A stretch of DNA of 64,000 nucleotides from Eledone cirrhosa (Eukaryota). Numbering within the stretch: the stretch's first letter is position 1; the number at the start of each line of letters is the position of its first letter. Under the pieces are notes generated by a model. It was not told the origin of the DNA. It saw only the letters and a program-made list of their open reading frames with translations, and ran no database searches. A program made the position numbers and the translations under genes. This document shows, one piece after another, positions 16,101-33,200 of the stretch. The stretch is from contig OZ024740.1 of NCBI GenBank assembly GCA_964016885.1, forward strand, positions 405,232,001 through 405,296,000. The letters run 5' to 3'.

Positions 16101-19100
16101 TCCACCACCATCATCTCTACCACCATCTCCACCACCACCATCTCCACCACCACCATCATCTCTACCACCATCATCTCCACCAGCATCATCTCCACCACCA
16201 TCATCTCTACCACCATCATCTCCACCACCATCATCTCCACCACCATCATCTCCACCACCACCACCATCATCTCTACCACCATCATCTCCACCACCATCAT
16301 CTCCACCACCATCATCTCCACCACCACCATCATCTCTACCACCATCATCTCCACCACCATCATCTCTACCACCATCTCCACCACCATCATCTCCACCACC
16401 ACCATCATCTCCACCACCATCATCTCCACCACCACCACCATCATCTCTACCACCATCATCACCACCACCATCATCTCCACCACCATCATCTCCACCACCA
16501 CCATCATCTCTACCACCATCATCTCCACCACCATCATCTCTACCACCATCTCCACCACCATCATCTCTACCACCATCTCCACCACCATCATCTCCACCAC
16601 CACCATCATCTCCACCACCATCATCTCCACCACCATCATCTCTACCACCATCTCCACCACCATTATCTCTACCACCATCATCTCCACCACCATCATCTCC
16701 ACCACCATCATCTCCACCACCACCATCATCTCTACCACCATCATCTCCACCACCATCATCTCTACCACCATCTCCACCACCATCATCTCCACCACCAGCA
16801 TCATCTCCACCACCATCATCTCCACCACCACCATCATCTCTACCACCATCATCTCCACCACCATCATCTCTACCATCATCTCCTCCACCATCATCTCCAC
16901 CACCACCATCATCTCTTCCGCCATCATCTCCACCACCATCATCTCCACCACCATCATCTCCACCACCACCATCATCTCTACCACCATCATCTCCACCACC
17001 ATCATCTCTACCACCATCTCCACCACCATCATCTCCACCACCATCATCTCTACCACCATCTCCACCACCACCATCTCCACCATCTCCACCATCACCATCT
17101 CTACCACCATCATCTCTACCACCATCATCTCCACCACCATCATCTCTACCACCATCATCTCCACCACCATCATCTCTACCACCATCTCCACCACCATCAT
17201 CTCCACCACCATCATCTCTACCACCATCTCCACCACCACCATCTCCATCATCTCCACCAGCATCATCTCTACCACCACCATCTCTACCACCATCATCTCC
17301 ACCACCATCATCTCCACCACCATCATCTCTACCACCATCTCCACCACCACCATCTCCACCATCTCCACCATCATCATCTCTACCACCATCATCTCCACCA
17401 GCATCATCTCCACCACCATCATCTCTACCGCCACCATCTCTACCACCATCATCTCCACCACCATCATCTCCACCACCATCATCTCCACCACCACCACCAT
17501 CATCTCTACCACCACCATCTCTACCACTATCATCTCCACCACCATCATCTCCACCACCATCATCTCCACCACCACCATCTCTACCACCACCATCTCTACC
17601 ACTATCATCTCCACCACCATCATCTCCACCACCATCATCTCTACCACCATCATCTCCACCACCATCATCTCCACCACCACCATCTCTACCACCACCATCT
17701 CCACCACCATCATCTCTACCACCATCATCTCCACCACCATCATCTCCACCACCATCATCTCTACCACCACCATCTCCACCACCATCATCTCTACCACCAC
17801 CATCTCTACCACCACCATCTCTACCACCACCATCTCCACCACCATCATCTCCACCACCATCATCCCCACCACCACCATCTCTACCACCACCATCTCTACC
17901 ACCACCATCTCCACCACCATCATCTCCACCACCATCATCTCCACCACCATCATCTCTACCACCACCACCTCCACCACCATCATCTCCACCAGCATCATCT
18001 CTACCAACACCATCTCCACCACCACCATCTCTACCACCACCATCTCTACCACCACCATTTCTACCACCATCATCTCCATCACCATCATCTCCACCACCAT
18101 CATCTCCACCACCACCACCATCATCTCCACCACCACCACCATCATCTCTACCACAACCATCTCCACCATCATCATCTCTACCACCATCATCTCTACCACC
18201 ATCATCATCTCCACCACCATCATCTCCACCACCATCATCTCCACCACCATCTCCATCACCATCTCCACCATCTCCACCACCACCATCTCCACCACCATCA
18301 TCTCCACCACCACCATCTCCACCACCATTATCTCCATCACCATCATCTCCACCACCATCATCTCCACCACCATCATCTCTACCACCATCTCCACCACCAC
18401 CATCTCCACCACCATCATCTCCACCACCACCATCATCTCTACCACCATCATCTCCACCAGCATCATCTCCACCACCATCATCTCTACCACCATCATCTCC
18501 ACCACCATCATCTCCACCACCATCATCTCCACCACCACCACCATCATCTCTACCACCATCATCTCCACCACCATCATCTCCACCACCATCATCTCCACCA
18601 CCACCATCATCTCTACCACCATCATCTCCACCACCATCATCTCTACCACCATCTCCACCACCATCATCTCCACCACCACCATCATCTCCACCACCATCAT
18701 CTCCACCAGCATCATCTCCACCACCATCATCTCTACCGCCATCATCTCCACCACCATCATCTCCACCACCATCATCTCCACCACCACCATCATCTCTACC
18801 ACCATCATCTCCACCACCATCATCTCTACCATCATCTCCTCCACCATCATCTCCACCACCACCATCATCTCTACCGCCATCATCTCCACCACCATCATCT
18901 CCACCACCATCATCTCCACCACCACCATCATCTCTACCACCATCATCTCCACCACCATCATCTCTACCACCATCTCCACCACCATCATCTCCACCACCAC
19001 CATCATCTCCACCACCATCATCTCCACCACCACCACCATCATCTCTACCACCATCATCACCACCACCATCATCTCCACCACCATCATCTCCACCACCACC

Positions 19101-21950
19101 ATCATCTCTACCACCATCATCTCCACCACCATCATCTCTACCACCATCTCCACCACCATCATCTCTACCACCATCTCCACCACCATCATCTCCACCACCA
19201 CCATCATCTCCACCACCATCATCTCCACCACCATCATCTCTACCACCATCTCCACCACCATTATCTCTACCACCATCATCTCCACCACCATCATCTCCAC
19301 CACCATCATCTCCACCACCACCATCATCTCTACCACCATCATCTCCACCACCATCATCTCTACCACCATCTCCACCACCATCATCTCCACCACCAGCATC
19401 ATCTCCACCACCATCATCTCCACCACCACCATCATCTCTACCACCATCATCTCCACCACCATCATCTCTACCATCATCTCCTCCACCATCATCTCCACCA
19501 CCACCATCATCTCTTCCGCCATCATCTCCACCACCATCATCTCCACCACCATCATCTCCACCACCACCATCATCTCTACCACCATCATCTCCACCACCAT
19601 CATCTCTACCACCATCTCCACCACCATCATCTCCACCACCATCATCTCTACCACCATCTCCACCACCACCATCTCCACCATCTCCACCATCACCATCTCT
19701 ACCACCATCATCTCTACCACCATCATCTCCACCACCATCATCTCTACCACCATCATCTCCACCACCATCATCTCTACCACCATCTCCACCACCATCATCT
19801 CCACCACCATCATCTCTACCACCATCTCCACCACCACCATCTCCATCATCTCCACCAGCATCATCTCTACCACCACCATCTCTACCACCATCATCTCCAC
19901 CACCATCATCTCCACCACCATCATCTCTACCACCATCTCCACCACCACCATCTCCACCATCTCCACCATCATCATCTCTACCACCATCATCTCCACCAGC
20001 ATCATCTCCACCACCATCATCTCTACCGCCACCATCTCTACCACCATCATCTCCACCACCATCATCTCCACCACCATCATCTCCACCACCACCACCATCA
20101 TCTCTACCACCACCATCTCTACCACTATCATCTCCACCACCATCATCTCCACCACCATCATCTCCACCACCACCATCTCTACCACCACCATCTCTACCAC
20201 TATCATCTCCACCACCATCATCTCCACCACCATCATCTCTACCACCATCATCTCCACCACCATCATCTCCACCACCACCATCTCTACCACCACCATCTCC
20301 ACCACCATCATCTCTACCACCATCATCTCCACCACCATCATCTCCACCACCATCATCTCTACCACCACCATCTCCACCACCATCATCTCTACCACCACCA
20401 TCTCTACCACCACCATCTCTACCACCACCATCTCCACCACCATCATCTCCACCACCATCATCCCCACCACCACCATCTCTACCACCACCATCTCTACCAC
20501 CACCATCTCCACCACCATCATCTCCACCACCATCATCTCCACCACCATCATCTCTACCACCACCACCTCCACCACCATCATCTCCACCAGCATCATCTCT
20601 ACCAACACCATCTCCACCACCACCATCTCTACCACCACCATCTCTACCACCACCATTTCTACCACCATCATCTCCATCACCATCATCTCCACCACCATCA
20701 TCTCCACCACCACCACCATCATCTCCACCACCACCACCATCATCTCTACCACAACCATCTCCACCATCATCATCTCTACCACCATCATCTCTACCACCAT
20801 CATCATCTCCACCACCATCATCTCCACCACCATCATCTCCACCACCATCTCCATCACCATCTCCACCATCTCCACCACCACCATCTCCACCACCATCATC
20901 TCCACCACCACCATCTCCACCACCATTATCTCCATCACCATCATCTCCACCACCATCATCTCCACCACCATCATCTCTACCACCATCTCCACCACCACCA
21001 TCTCCACCACCATCATCTCCACCACCACCATCATCTCTACCACCATCATCTCCACCAGCATCATCTCCACCACCATCATCTCTACCACCATCATCTCCAC
21101 CACCATCATCTCCACCACCATCATCTCCACCACCATCATCTCCACCACCACCACCATCATCTCTACCACCATCATCTCCACCACCATCATCTCCACCACC
21201 ATCATCTCCACCACCACCATCATCTCTACCACCATCATCTCCACCACCATCATCTCTACCACCATCTCCACCACCATCATCTCCACCACCACCATCATCT
21301 CCACCACCATCATCTCCACCAGCATCATCTCCACCACCATCATCTCTACCGCCATCATCTCCACCACCATCATCTCCACCACCATCATCTCCACCACCAC
21401 CATCATCTCTACCACCATCATCTCCACCACCATCATCTCTACCATCATCTCCTCCACCATCATCTCCACCACCACCATCATCTCTACCGCCATCATCTCC
21501 ACCACCATCATCTCCACCACCATCATCTCCACCACCACCATCATCTCTACCACCATCATCTCCACCACCATCATCTCTACCACCATCTCCACCACCATCA
21601 TCTCCACCACCATCATCTCTACCACCATCTCCACCACCACCATCTCCACCATCTCCACCATCATCATCTCTACCACCATCATCTCTACCACCATCATCTC
21701 TACCACCATCATCTCCACCACCATCATCTCTACCACCATCATCTCCACCACCATCATCTCTACCACCATCTCCACCACCATCATCTCCACCACCATCATC
21801 TCTACCACCATCTCCACCACCACCATCTCCACCATCTCCACCACCACCATCTCTACCACCACCATCTCTACCACCATCATCTCCACCACCATCATCTCCA
21901 CCACCATCATCTCTACCACCATCTCCACCACCACCATCTCCACCATCTCC
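4190..21950 (+). repeat. Copy 1 of a ~17.7-kb duplicated satellite block
   Basis: Rare marker variants recur at about +26.0 kb. ORF-track boundaries map 4693->30745, 5189->31226, 8295->34288 and 10102->36125. Boundaries approximate. Confidence 0.85.
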
Positions 21951-24900
21951 ACCATCATCATCTCTACCACCATCATCTCTACCACCATCATCTCCACCAG
22001 CATCATCTCCACCACCATCATCTCTACCGCCACCATCTCTACCACCATCATCTCCACCACCATCATCTCCACCACCATCATCTCCACCACCACCACCATC
22101 ATCTCTACCACCACCATCTCTACCACTATCATCTCCACCACCATCATCTCCACCACCATCATCTACACCACCATCATCTCCACCACCATCATCTCCACCA
22201 CCATCATCTCCACCACCATCATCTCCACCACCATCATCTCTACCACCATCATCTCCACCACCACCATCTCTACCACCATCATCTCTACCACCACCATCTC
22301 TACCACCACCATCTCTACCACCACCATCTCCACCACCATCATCTCCACCACCATCATCTCCACCAGCATCATCTCTACCACCACCATCTCCACCGCCACC
22401 ATCTCTACCACCATCATCTCCACCACCACCATCTCTACCACCATCATCTCCACCACCACCATCTCTACCACCATCATCTCCACCACCATCACCTCTACTA
22501 CCATCATCTCCAACACCATCATCTCCACCACCACCATCTCTACCACCATCATCTCTACCACCACCATCTCCACCACCATCATCTCTACCACCACCATCTC
22601 CACCACCATCATCTCTACCACTATCATCTCCACCACCATCATCTCCACCACCTCTATCTCCACCACCATCATCTCCACCACCATCATCTCTACCACCACC
22701 ATCTCCACCACCACCATCATCTCCACCACCATCATCTCCACCACCATCATCTCCACCACCATCATCTCCACCACCATCATCTCTACCACCATCATCTCCA
22801 CCACCATCATCTCCACCACCATCATCTCCACCACCATCATCTCTACCACCACCATCTCTACCACCATCATCTCCATCACCATCATCTCCACCACCACCAT
22901 CATCTCTACCACCACCATCTCCACCACCATCATCTCCACCACCATCTCCACCACCATCATCTCTACCACCATCATCTCTACCACCACCATCTCTACCACC
23001 ATCATCTCTTCCACCATCAACTCCACCACCATCATCTCCACCACCATCATCTGCACCACCATCTCCACCATCATCATCTCTTCCACCATCAACTCCACCA
23101 CCACCATCTCCACCACCACCATCTCTACCACCACCATCTCTACCACCATCATCTCCACCACCATCACCTCCACCATCACCATCTCCACCACCATAACCTC
23201 TACCACCACCATCTCTACCACCACCATGTCTACCACCACCATCTCCACCACCATCATCTCCACCACCAACATCGCCACCACCACCATCTCTACCACCATC
23301 ATCTCCACCACCATCACCTCTACTACCATCATCTCCACCATAATCATCTCTACCACCATCATCTCCACCACCTCCACCACCATCATCTCCACCACCATCA
23401 TCTCTACCACCAACACCTCCACCACCATCTCTACCACCACCATCTCCACCACCATCATCTCCACCACCATCATCTCTACCACCATCATCTCTACCACCAT
23501 CATCTCTACCACCAACACCTCCACCACCATCTCTACCACCACCATCTCCACCACCATCATCTCCACCACCATCATCTCTACCACCATCATCTCCACCACC
23601 ATCATCTCTACCACTATCATCTCTACCACCATCATCTCCACCACCATCATCTCCACCACCACCATCTCTACCACCACCATCTCTACCACCACCATTTCTA
23701 CCACCATCATCTCCATCACCATCATCTCCACCACCACCACCATCATCTCTACCACAACCATCTCCACCATCATCATCTCTACCACCATCATCTCTACCAC
23801 CATCATCATCTCCACCACCATCATCTCCACCACCATCATCTCCACCACCATCTCCATCACCATCACCATCATCTCCACCACCATCATCTCCACCACCATC
23901 ATCTCTACCACCATCTCCACCACCACCATCTCCACCACCATCATCTCCACCACCACCATCATCTCTACCACCATCATCTCCACCAGCATCATCTCTACCA
24001 CCACCATCTCTACCACCACCATCTCTACCACCATCATCTCCACCACCACCATCCCCACCACCATCATCTCCACCACCACCATCTCTACCACCATCATCTC
24101 TACCACCACCATCTCCACCACCATCATCTCCACCACCATCATCTCCACCACCACCATCATCTCTACCACCATCATCTCCCACACCACCATCATCTACCAC
24201 CATCATCTCCACCACCATCATCTCTACCACCATCTCCACCACCACCATCTCCACCACCATCATCTCCACCACCATCATCTCTACCACCATCTCCACCACC
24301 ACCATCTCCACCACCACCATCTCCACCATCATCATCTCTACCACCATCATCTCTACCACCATCATCTCCACCAGCATCATCTCCACCACCATCATCTCCA
24401 CCACCATCATCTCCACCATCATCATCTCTACCACCATCATCTCTACCACCATCATCTCTACCACCATCATCTCCACCAGCATCATCTCCACCACCACCAT
24501 CTCCACCATCATCATCTCCACCACCACCATCTCCACCACCATCATCTCCACCACCATCATCTCCACCACCATCATCTCCACCACCATCATCTCCACCACC
24601 ATCATCTCCACCACCATCATCTCCACCACCATCATCTCCACCACCATCTCCACCACCATCATATCCACCACCATCATCTCCACCACCATCATCTCTACCA
24701 CCATCATCTCTACCACCATCATCTCCACCACCACCATCTCTACCGCCATCATCTCTACCACCACCATCTCTACCACCACCATCTCTACCACCACCATCTC
24801 TACCACCACCATCTCCACCACCATCATCTCTACCACCACCATCTCCACCGCCACCATCTCTACCACCATCATCTCCACCACCACCATCTCTACCACCATC

Positions 24901-27900
24901 ATCTCCACCACCATCATCTCCACCACCATCATCTCAACCACCACCATCTCCACCACCATCATCTCCACCACCATCATCTCTACCACCATCACCTCTACCA
25001 CCACCATCTCTACCACCATCATCTCTACCACCACCATCTCCACCACCATCATCTCTACCACCACCATCTCCACCACCATCATCTCACCACCACCATCTCC
25101 ACCACCATCATCTCCACCACCATCATCTCCACCACCATCATCTCCACCACCATCATCTCTACCACCATCATCTCCACCACCACCATCTCCACCATCTCCA
25201 CCACCACCATCATCTCCACCACCACCATCTCCACCACCATCATCTCCACCACCATCATCTCCACCACCACCATCTCCACCACCACCATCTCCACCAACAC
25301 CATCTCCACCACCACCATCTCCACCACCATCATATCCACCACCACCATCTCTACCACTACCATCTCCACCATCTCCACCACCATCATCTCCACCACCATC
25401 ATCTCCACCACCATCATCTCCACCACCATCATCTCTACCACCACCATCTCTACCACCATCTCCACCAGCATCATCTCCACCACCATCATCTCCACCACCA
25501 TCATCTCTACCACCACCATCTCCACCACCATCATCTCCACCACCACCATCTCCACCACCATCATCTCCACCACCATCATCTCTACCACCACCATCTCCAC
25601 CACCATCATCTCCACCACCATCATCTCCACCACCATCATCTCCACCACCATCATCTCCACCACCATCATCTCTGCCACCATCATCTCCACCACCATCATC
25701 TCTACCACCACCATCTCCACCACCATCATCTCCACCACCACCATCATCTCCACCACCATCTCCACCACCACCATCTCCACCACCATCATCTCCACCACCA
25801 TCATCTCTACCACCACCATCTCCACCACCATCATCTCCACCACCACCATCTCCACCACCATCATCTCCACCACCATCATCTCTACCACCACCATCTCCAC
25901 CACCATCATCTCCACCACCATCTCCACCACCATCATCTCCACCACCATCATCTCCACCACCATCATCTCTGCCACCATCATCTCCACCACCATCATCTCT
26001 ACCACCATCATCTCCACCACCATCATCTCCACCACCATCATCTCCACCACCACCATCTCCACCACCATCATCTCCACCACCATCATCTCCACCACCACCA
26101 TCTCCACCACCACCATCTCCACCACCACCATCTCCACCACCATCATATCCACCACCATCATCTCCACCACCATCATCTCCACCACCATCATCTCCACCAC
26201 CATCATCTCTACCACCACCATCTCCACCACCATCATCTCCACCACCACCATCATCTCCACCACCATCTCCACCACCACCATCTCCACCACCATCATCTCC
26301 ACCACCACCATCTCCACCACCATCATCTCCACCACCATCATCTCTACCACCACCATCTCCACCACCACCATCTCCACCACCACCATCTCTACCACCATCA
26401 TCTCTACCACCACCATCTCCACCACCATCATCTCCACCACCATCATCTCCACCACCATCATCTCTACCACCACCATCTCCACCACCACCATCTCCACCAC
26501 CATCATCTCTACCACCATCATCTCCACCACCATCATCTCCACCACCATCATCTCTACCACCATCATCTCCACCACCATCATCTCCACCACCACCACCATC
26601 TCCACCACCACCATCTCCACCACCACCATCTCCACCACCACCATCTCCACCACCACCATCTCTACCACCATCATCTCCACCACCACCATCTCCACCACCA
26701 TCATCTCCACCACCACCATCTCCACCACCAGCATCTCCACCACCACCATCTCCACCACCAGCATCTCCACCACCACCATCTCTACCACCATCATCTCCAC
26801 CACCATCATCTCCACCACCACCATCTCTACCACCATCATCTCCACCACCACCATCTCCACCACCATCATATCCACCACCACCATCTCTACCACTACCATC
26901 TCCACTATCTCCATCACCACCACCATCATCTCCACCACCACCATCTCCACCACCATCATCTCCACCACCACCATCTCCACCACCATCATCTCCACCACCA
27001 TCATCTCTACCACCACCATCTCCACCACCACCATCTCCACCACCACCATCTCTACCACCATCATCTCTACCACCACCATCTCCACCACCATCATCTCCAC
27101 CACCACCATCTCCACCACCACCATCTCTACCACCACCATCTCCACCACCATCATCTCCACCACCATCATCTCCACCACCATCATCTCCACCACCATCATA
27201 TCCACCACCATCATCTCCACCACCATCATCTCTACCACCACCATCTCCACCACCACCATCTCTACCACCATCATCTCCACCACCACCATCTCCACCACCA
27301 TCATATCCACCACCACCATCTCTACCACTACCATCTCCACTATCTCCATCACCACCACCATCATCTCCACCACCACCATCTCCACCACCATCATCTCTAC
27401 CACCACCATCTCCACCACCATCATCTCTACCACCATCATCTTAACCACCACCATCTCCACCACCATCTCCACCACCATCATCTCCACCACCATCATCTCC
27501 ACCACCATCATATCCACCACCATCATCTCCACCACCATCATCTCCACCACCATCATCATCTCCACCATCATCATCTCTACCACCACCATCTCCACCACCA
27601 CCATCTCTACCACCACCACCTCCACCACCATCATCTCTACCACCATCATCTCCACCACCATCTCTACCTCCACCATCATCTCCATCACTATCATCTCCAC
27701 CACCATCATCTCCACCACCACCATCTCTACCACTACCATCTTCACTATCTCCATCACCACCACCATCTCTACCACCATCATCTCCACCACCATCATCTCC
27801 ACCACCATCATCTCCACCACCATCATCTCCACCACCATCATCTCCACCACCATCATCTCTACCACCATCATCTCCACCACCATCACCTCTACCACCATCA

Positions 27901-30239
27901 TCTCTACCACCACCATCTCTACCACCATCATCTCTACCACCACCATCTCTACCACCATCATCTCTACCACCATCATCTCCACCACCATCATCTCTACCAC
28001 CATCATCTCCACCACCATCACCTCTACCACCATCATCTCTACCACCATCATCTCCACCACCATCATCTCCACCACCATCACCTCTACCACCATCATCTCC
28101 ACCACCATCATCTCTACCACCATCATCTCCACCACCATCACCTCTACCACCATCATCTCCACCACCACCATCTCGACCATCATCTCCACCACCATCACCT
28201 CTACCACCATCATCTCCACCACCATCATCTCCACCACCACCATCACCTCTACCACCATCATCTCCACCACCATCACCTCTACCACCATCATCTCCACCAC
28301 CATCACCTCTACCACCATCATCTCCAGCACCACCATCTCTACCACCATCATCTCCACCACCACCATCTCTACCACCACCATCTCTACCGCCATCATCTCC
28401 ACCACCACCATCACCTCTACCACCATCATCTCCACCACCATCATCTCCACCACCACCAACACCACCACCATCATCTCTACCACCACCATCTCTACCACCA
28501 CCATCTCCACCACCATCACCACCACCACCATCTCCACCACCATCATCTCCACCACCATCATCTCCACCACCATCATCTCTACCACCATCATCTCTACCAC
28601 CACCATCTCCACCACCATCATCTCCACCACCATCATCTCCACCACCATCATCTCCACCACCATCATCTCCACCACCATCATCTCTACCACCATCATCTCC
28701 ACCACCACCATCCCCACCATCATCTCTACCACCATCAACTCCACCACCACCACCATCACCTCTACCACCATCACCATCATCTCCACCACCATCATCTCTA
28801 CCACCATCATCTCCACCACCACCATCCCCACCATCATCTCTACCACCATCAACTCCACCACCACCACCATCACCTCTACCACCATCACCATCACCTCTAC
28901 CACCATCATCTCCACCACCATCATCTCCACCACCATCATCTCTACCACCACCATCTCTACCACCATCATCTCCACCACCATCACCTCTACCACCACCATC
29001 TCCACCACCATCATCTCCACCACCATCATCTCCACCACCATCATCTCTACCACCATCATCTCCACCACCATCACCTCTACCACCATCATCTCTACCACCA
29101 CCATCTCTACCACCACCATCTCCACCACCACCATCTCCACCACCACCATCTCCACCACCACCATCTCCACCACCATCATCTCCACCACCATCATCTCCAC
29201 CACCATCATCTCTACCACCACCATCTCCACCACCACCATCTCCACCACCACCATCTCCACCACCATCATCTCCACCACCATCATCTCCACCACCATCATC
29301 TCTACCACCATCATCTCTACCACCATCATCTCCACCACCACCATCCCCACCATCATCTCTACCACCATCAACTCCACCACCATCATCTCCACCACCATCC
29401 TCTCCACCACCATCCTCTCCACCACCATCATCTCCACCACCACCATCTCCACCACCATCATCACCACCACCATCATCACCACCACCATCATCTCCACCAC
29501 CACCACCTCCATCACCATCATCTCCACCACCATCTCCACCACCTTCATCTCTACCACCACCACCATCACCACCATCATCATCTCCACCACCATCATCTCC
29601 ACCACCATCATCTCCACCACCACCATCTCCACCACCATCATCTCCACCACCATCTCTACCACCATCATCTCCACCACCATCATCTCCACCACCATCGCCA
29701 CCACCAACACCTCCACCACCATCATCTCCACCACCATCTCCACCACCATCATCTCTACCACCACCACCATCACCACCATCATCATCTCCACCACCATCAT
29801 CTCCACCACCACCTTCTCCACCACCATCTCCACCACCATCATCTCCACCACCATCATCTCCACCACCACCTTCTCCACCACCATCTCCACCACCATCATC
29901 TCCACCACCATCATCTCCACCACCACCATCACCACCATCATCATCTCCACCACCATCATCTCCACCACCACCATCTCCACCACCATCATCTCCACCACCA
30001 TCATCTCCACCACCACCATCTCCACCATCTCCACCACCACCATCTCCGCCACCATCTCCACCACCATCATCACTACCACCACCATCTCCACCATCATCAT
30101 CTCCACCACCATCATCTCCACCACCACCATCTCCACCACCATCATCTCCACCACCATCATCTCCACCACCACCATCTCCGCCACCATCACCACCACCACC
30201 ATCTCCACCACCATCATCTCCACCACCATCATCTCCACC

Positions 30240-33200
30240 ATCATCATCTCTACCATCATCTCCACCACCATCATCTCCACCACCACCATCTCTACCACCA
30301 TCATCATCTCTACCATCATCTCCACCACCATCATCTCCACCACCATCATCTCCACCACCATCATCTCCACCACCATCATCTCTACCACCATCATCTCTAC
30401 CACCATCATCTCCACCACCATCATCTCCACCACCACCATCTCCACCACCATCATCTCCATCACCATCATCTCTACCACCATCATCTCCACCACCATCATC
30501 TCCACCACCATCATCTCCACCACCATCATCTCCACCACCATCATCTCCACCACGACCACCATCACCATCATCTCCACCACCATCATCATCACCACCACCA
30601 TCATCTCCACCACCATCATCTCCACCACCATCATCTCCACCACCATCTTCACCACCATCATCTCTACCACCACCATCTCTACCACCACCATCTCCACCAC
30701 CATCATCTCCACCACCATCATCTCCACCACCATCTCCACCACCATCATCTCCACCACACCATCTCCACCACCATCTCCACCACCACCATCTCCACCACCA
30801 CCATCATCTCCACCACCATCTCCACCACCACCATCTCCACCACCACCATCTCCACCACCACCATCTCCACCACCATCATCTCCACCACCACCATCTCTAC
30901 CACCACCATCTCTACCACCACCATCTCCACCACCATCTCCACCACCATCATCTCCACCACCATCTCCACCACCACCATCTCCACCACCACCATCTCCACC
31001 ACCATCATCTCCACCACCATCATCTCTACCACCACCATCTCCACCACCATCATCTCCACCACCATCATCTCCACCACCACCATCTCTACCACCACCATCT
31101 CCACCACCATCTCTACCACCATCATCTCCACCACCATCATCTCCACCACCATCTCCACCACCACCATCTCCACCACCATCATCTCCACCACCATCATCTC
31201 CACCACCATCATCTCCACCACCATCTCAACCAGCATCATCTCCACCACCATCATCTCCACCACCATCTCCACCACCACCATCTCCACCACCATCATCTCC
31301 ACCACCATCATCTCCACCACCATCATCTCCACCACCATCATCTCTACCACCATCATCTCCACCACCACCATCTCCACCACCACCATCTCCACCACCACCA
31401 TCTCTACCACCACCATCTCTACCACCACCATCTCCACCACCATCATCTCCACCACCATCTCCACCACCACCATCTCCACCACCATCATCTCCACCACCAT
31501 CATCTCCACCACCATCATCTCTACCACCATCATCTCCACCACCACCATCTCTACCACCACCATCTCTACCACCACCATCTCTACCACCACCATCTCCACC
31601 ACCATCATCTCCACCACCACCATCTCCACCATCATCATCTCCACCACCATCATCTCCACCACCACCATCTCCACCACCATCATCACTACCACCATCATCT
31701 CCACCACCATCATCTCCACCATCATCTCCACCACCATCATCTCCACCACCATCATCTCCACCACCATCTCCACCACCACCATCTCCACCACCATCATCTC
31801 CACCACCACCATCTCTACCACCACCATCTCTACCACCACCATCTCCACCACCATCATCTCCACCACCATCTCCACCACCAACCATCTCCACCACCATCAT
31901 CTCCACCACCACCATCTCCACCACCACCATCATCTACCACCACCATCTCCACCACCATCATCTCCACCACCACCATCTCTACCACCACCATCTCCACCAC
32001 CATCTCTACCACCACCATCTCCACCACCATCATCTCCACCACCATCATCTCCACCACCATCTCCACCACCACCATCTCTACCACCATCATCTCTACCACC
32101 GTCATCTCCACCACCATCATCTCCACCACCATCATCTCCACCACCATCACCACCACCACCATCACTACCACCATCACCTCCACCACAACCATCTCTACCA
32201 CCATCATCTCCACCACCATCTCCACCACCATCATCTCCACCACCATCATCTCCACCACCATCATCTCCACCATCATCTCCACCACCATCACCTCCACCAC
32301 CATCATCTCCAACACCATCATCACTACCACCACCATCTCCACCACCATCTCTGCCACCACCATCTCCACCACCATCATCTCCACCACCATCATCTCCACC
32401 ACCATCTCCACCACCACCATCTCTACCACCATCATCTCTACCACCGTCATCTCCACCACCATCATCTCCACCACCATCATCTCCACCACCATCTCCACCA
32501 CCACCATCTCTACCACCATCATCTCCACCACCATCTCCACCACCACCATCTCCACCACAATCATCACTACCACCATCACCTCCACCACCACCATCTCTAC
32601 CACCATCATCTCCGCCACCATCTCTACCACCATCACCTCCACCACCATCATCTCTTCCACCATCACCTCCACCACCACCATCTCTACCACCATCATCTCC
32701 ACCACCATCTCCACCACCATCATCTCTACCACCATCACCTCCACCACCATCATCTCTACCACCATCACCTCCACCACCACCATCTCTACCACCATCATCT
32801 CTACCACCGTCATCTCCACCACCATCATCTCCACCACCATCATCTCCACCACCATCTCCACCACCATCTCCACCACCATCATCTCTACCTACATCATCTC
32901 CACCACCATCATCTCCACCACCATCTCCACCACCATCTCCACCACCACCATCTCCACCACCATCATCTCCACCACCATCATCTCCACCACCATCATCTCC
33001 ACCACCATCATCTCTACCACCATCATCTCTACCACCATCATCTCCACCACCACCTCCACCACCATCATCTCTACCACCACCATCTCCACCACCATCATCT
33101 CCACCACCATCATCTCCACCACCATCTCCACCACCATCATCTCCAGCACCACCATCTCCACCACCATCATCTCTACAACCATCATCTCCACCACCATCTC

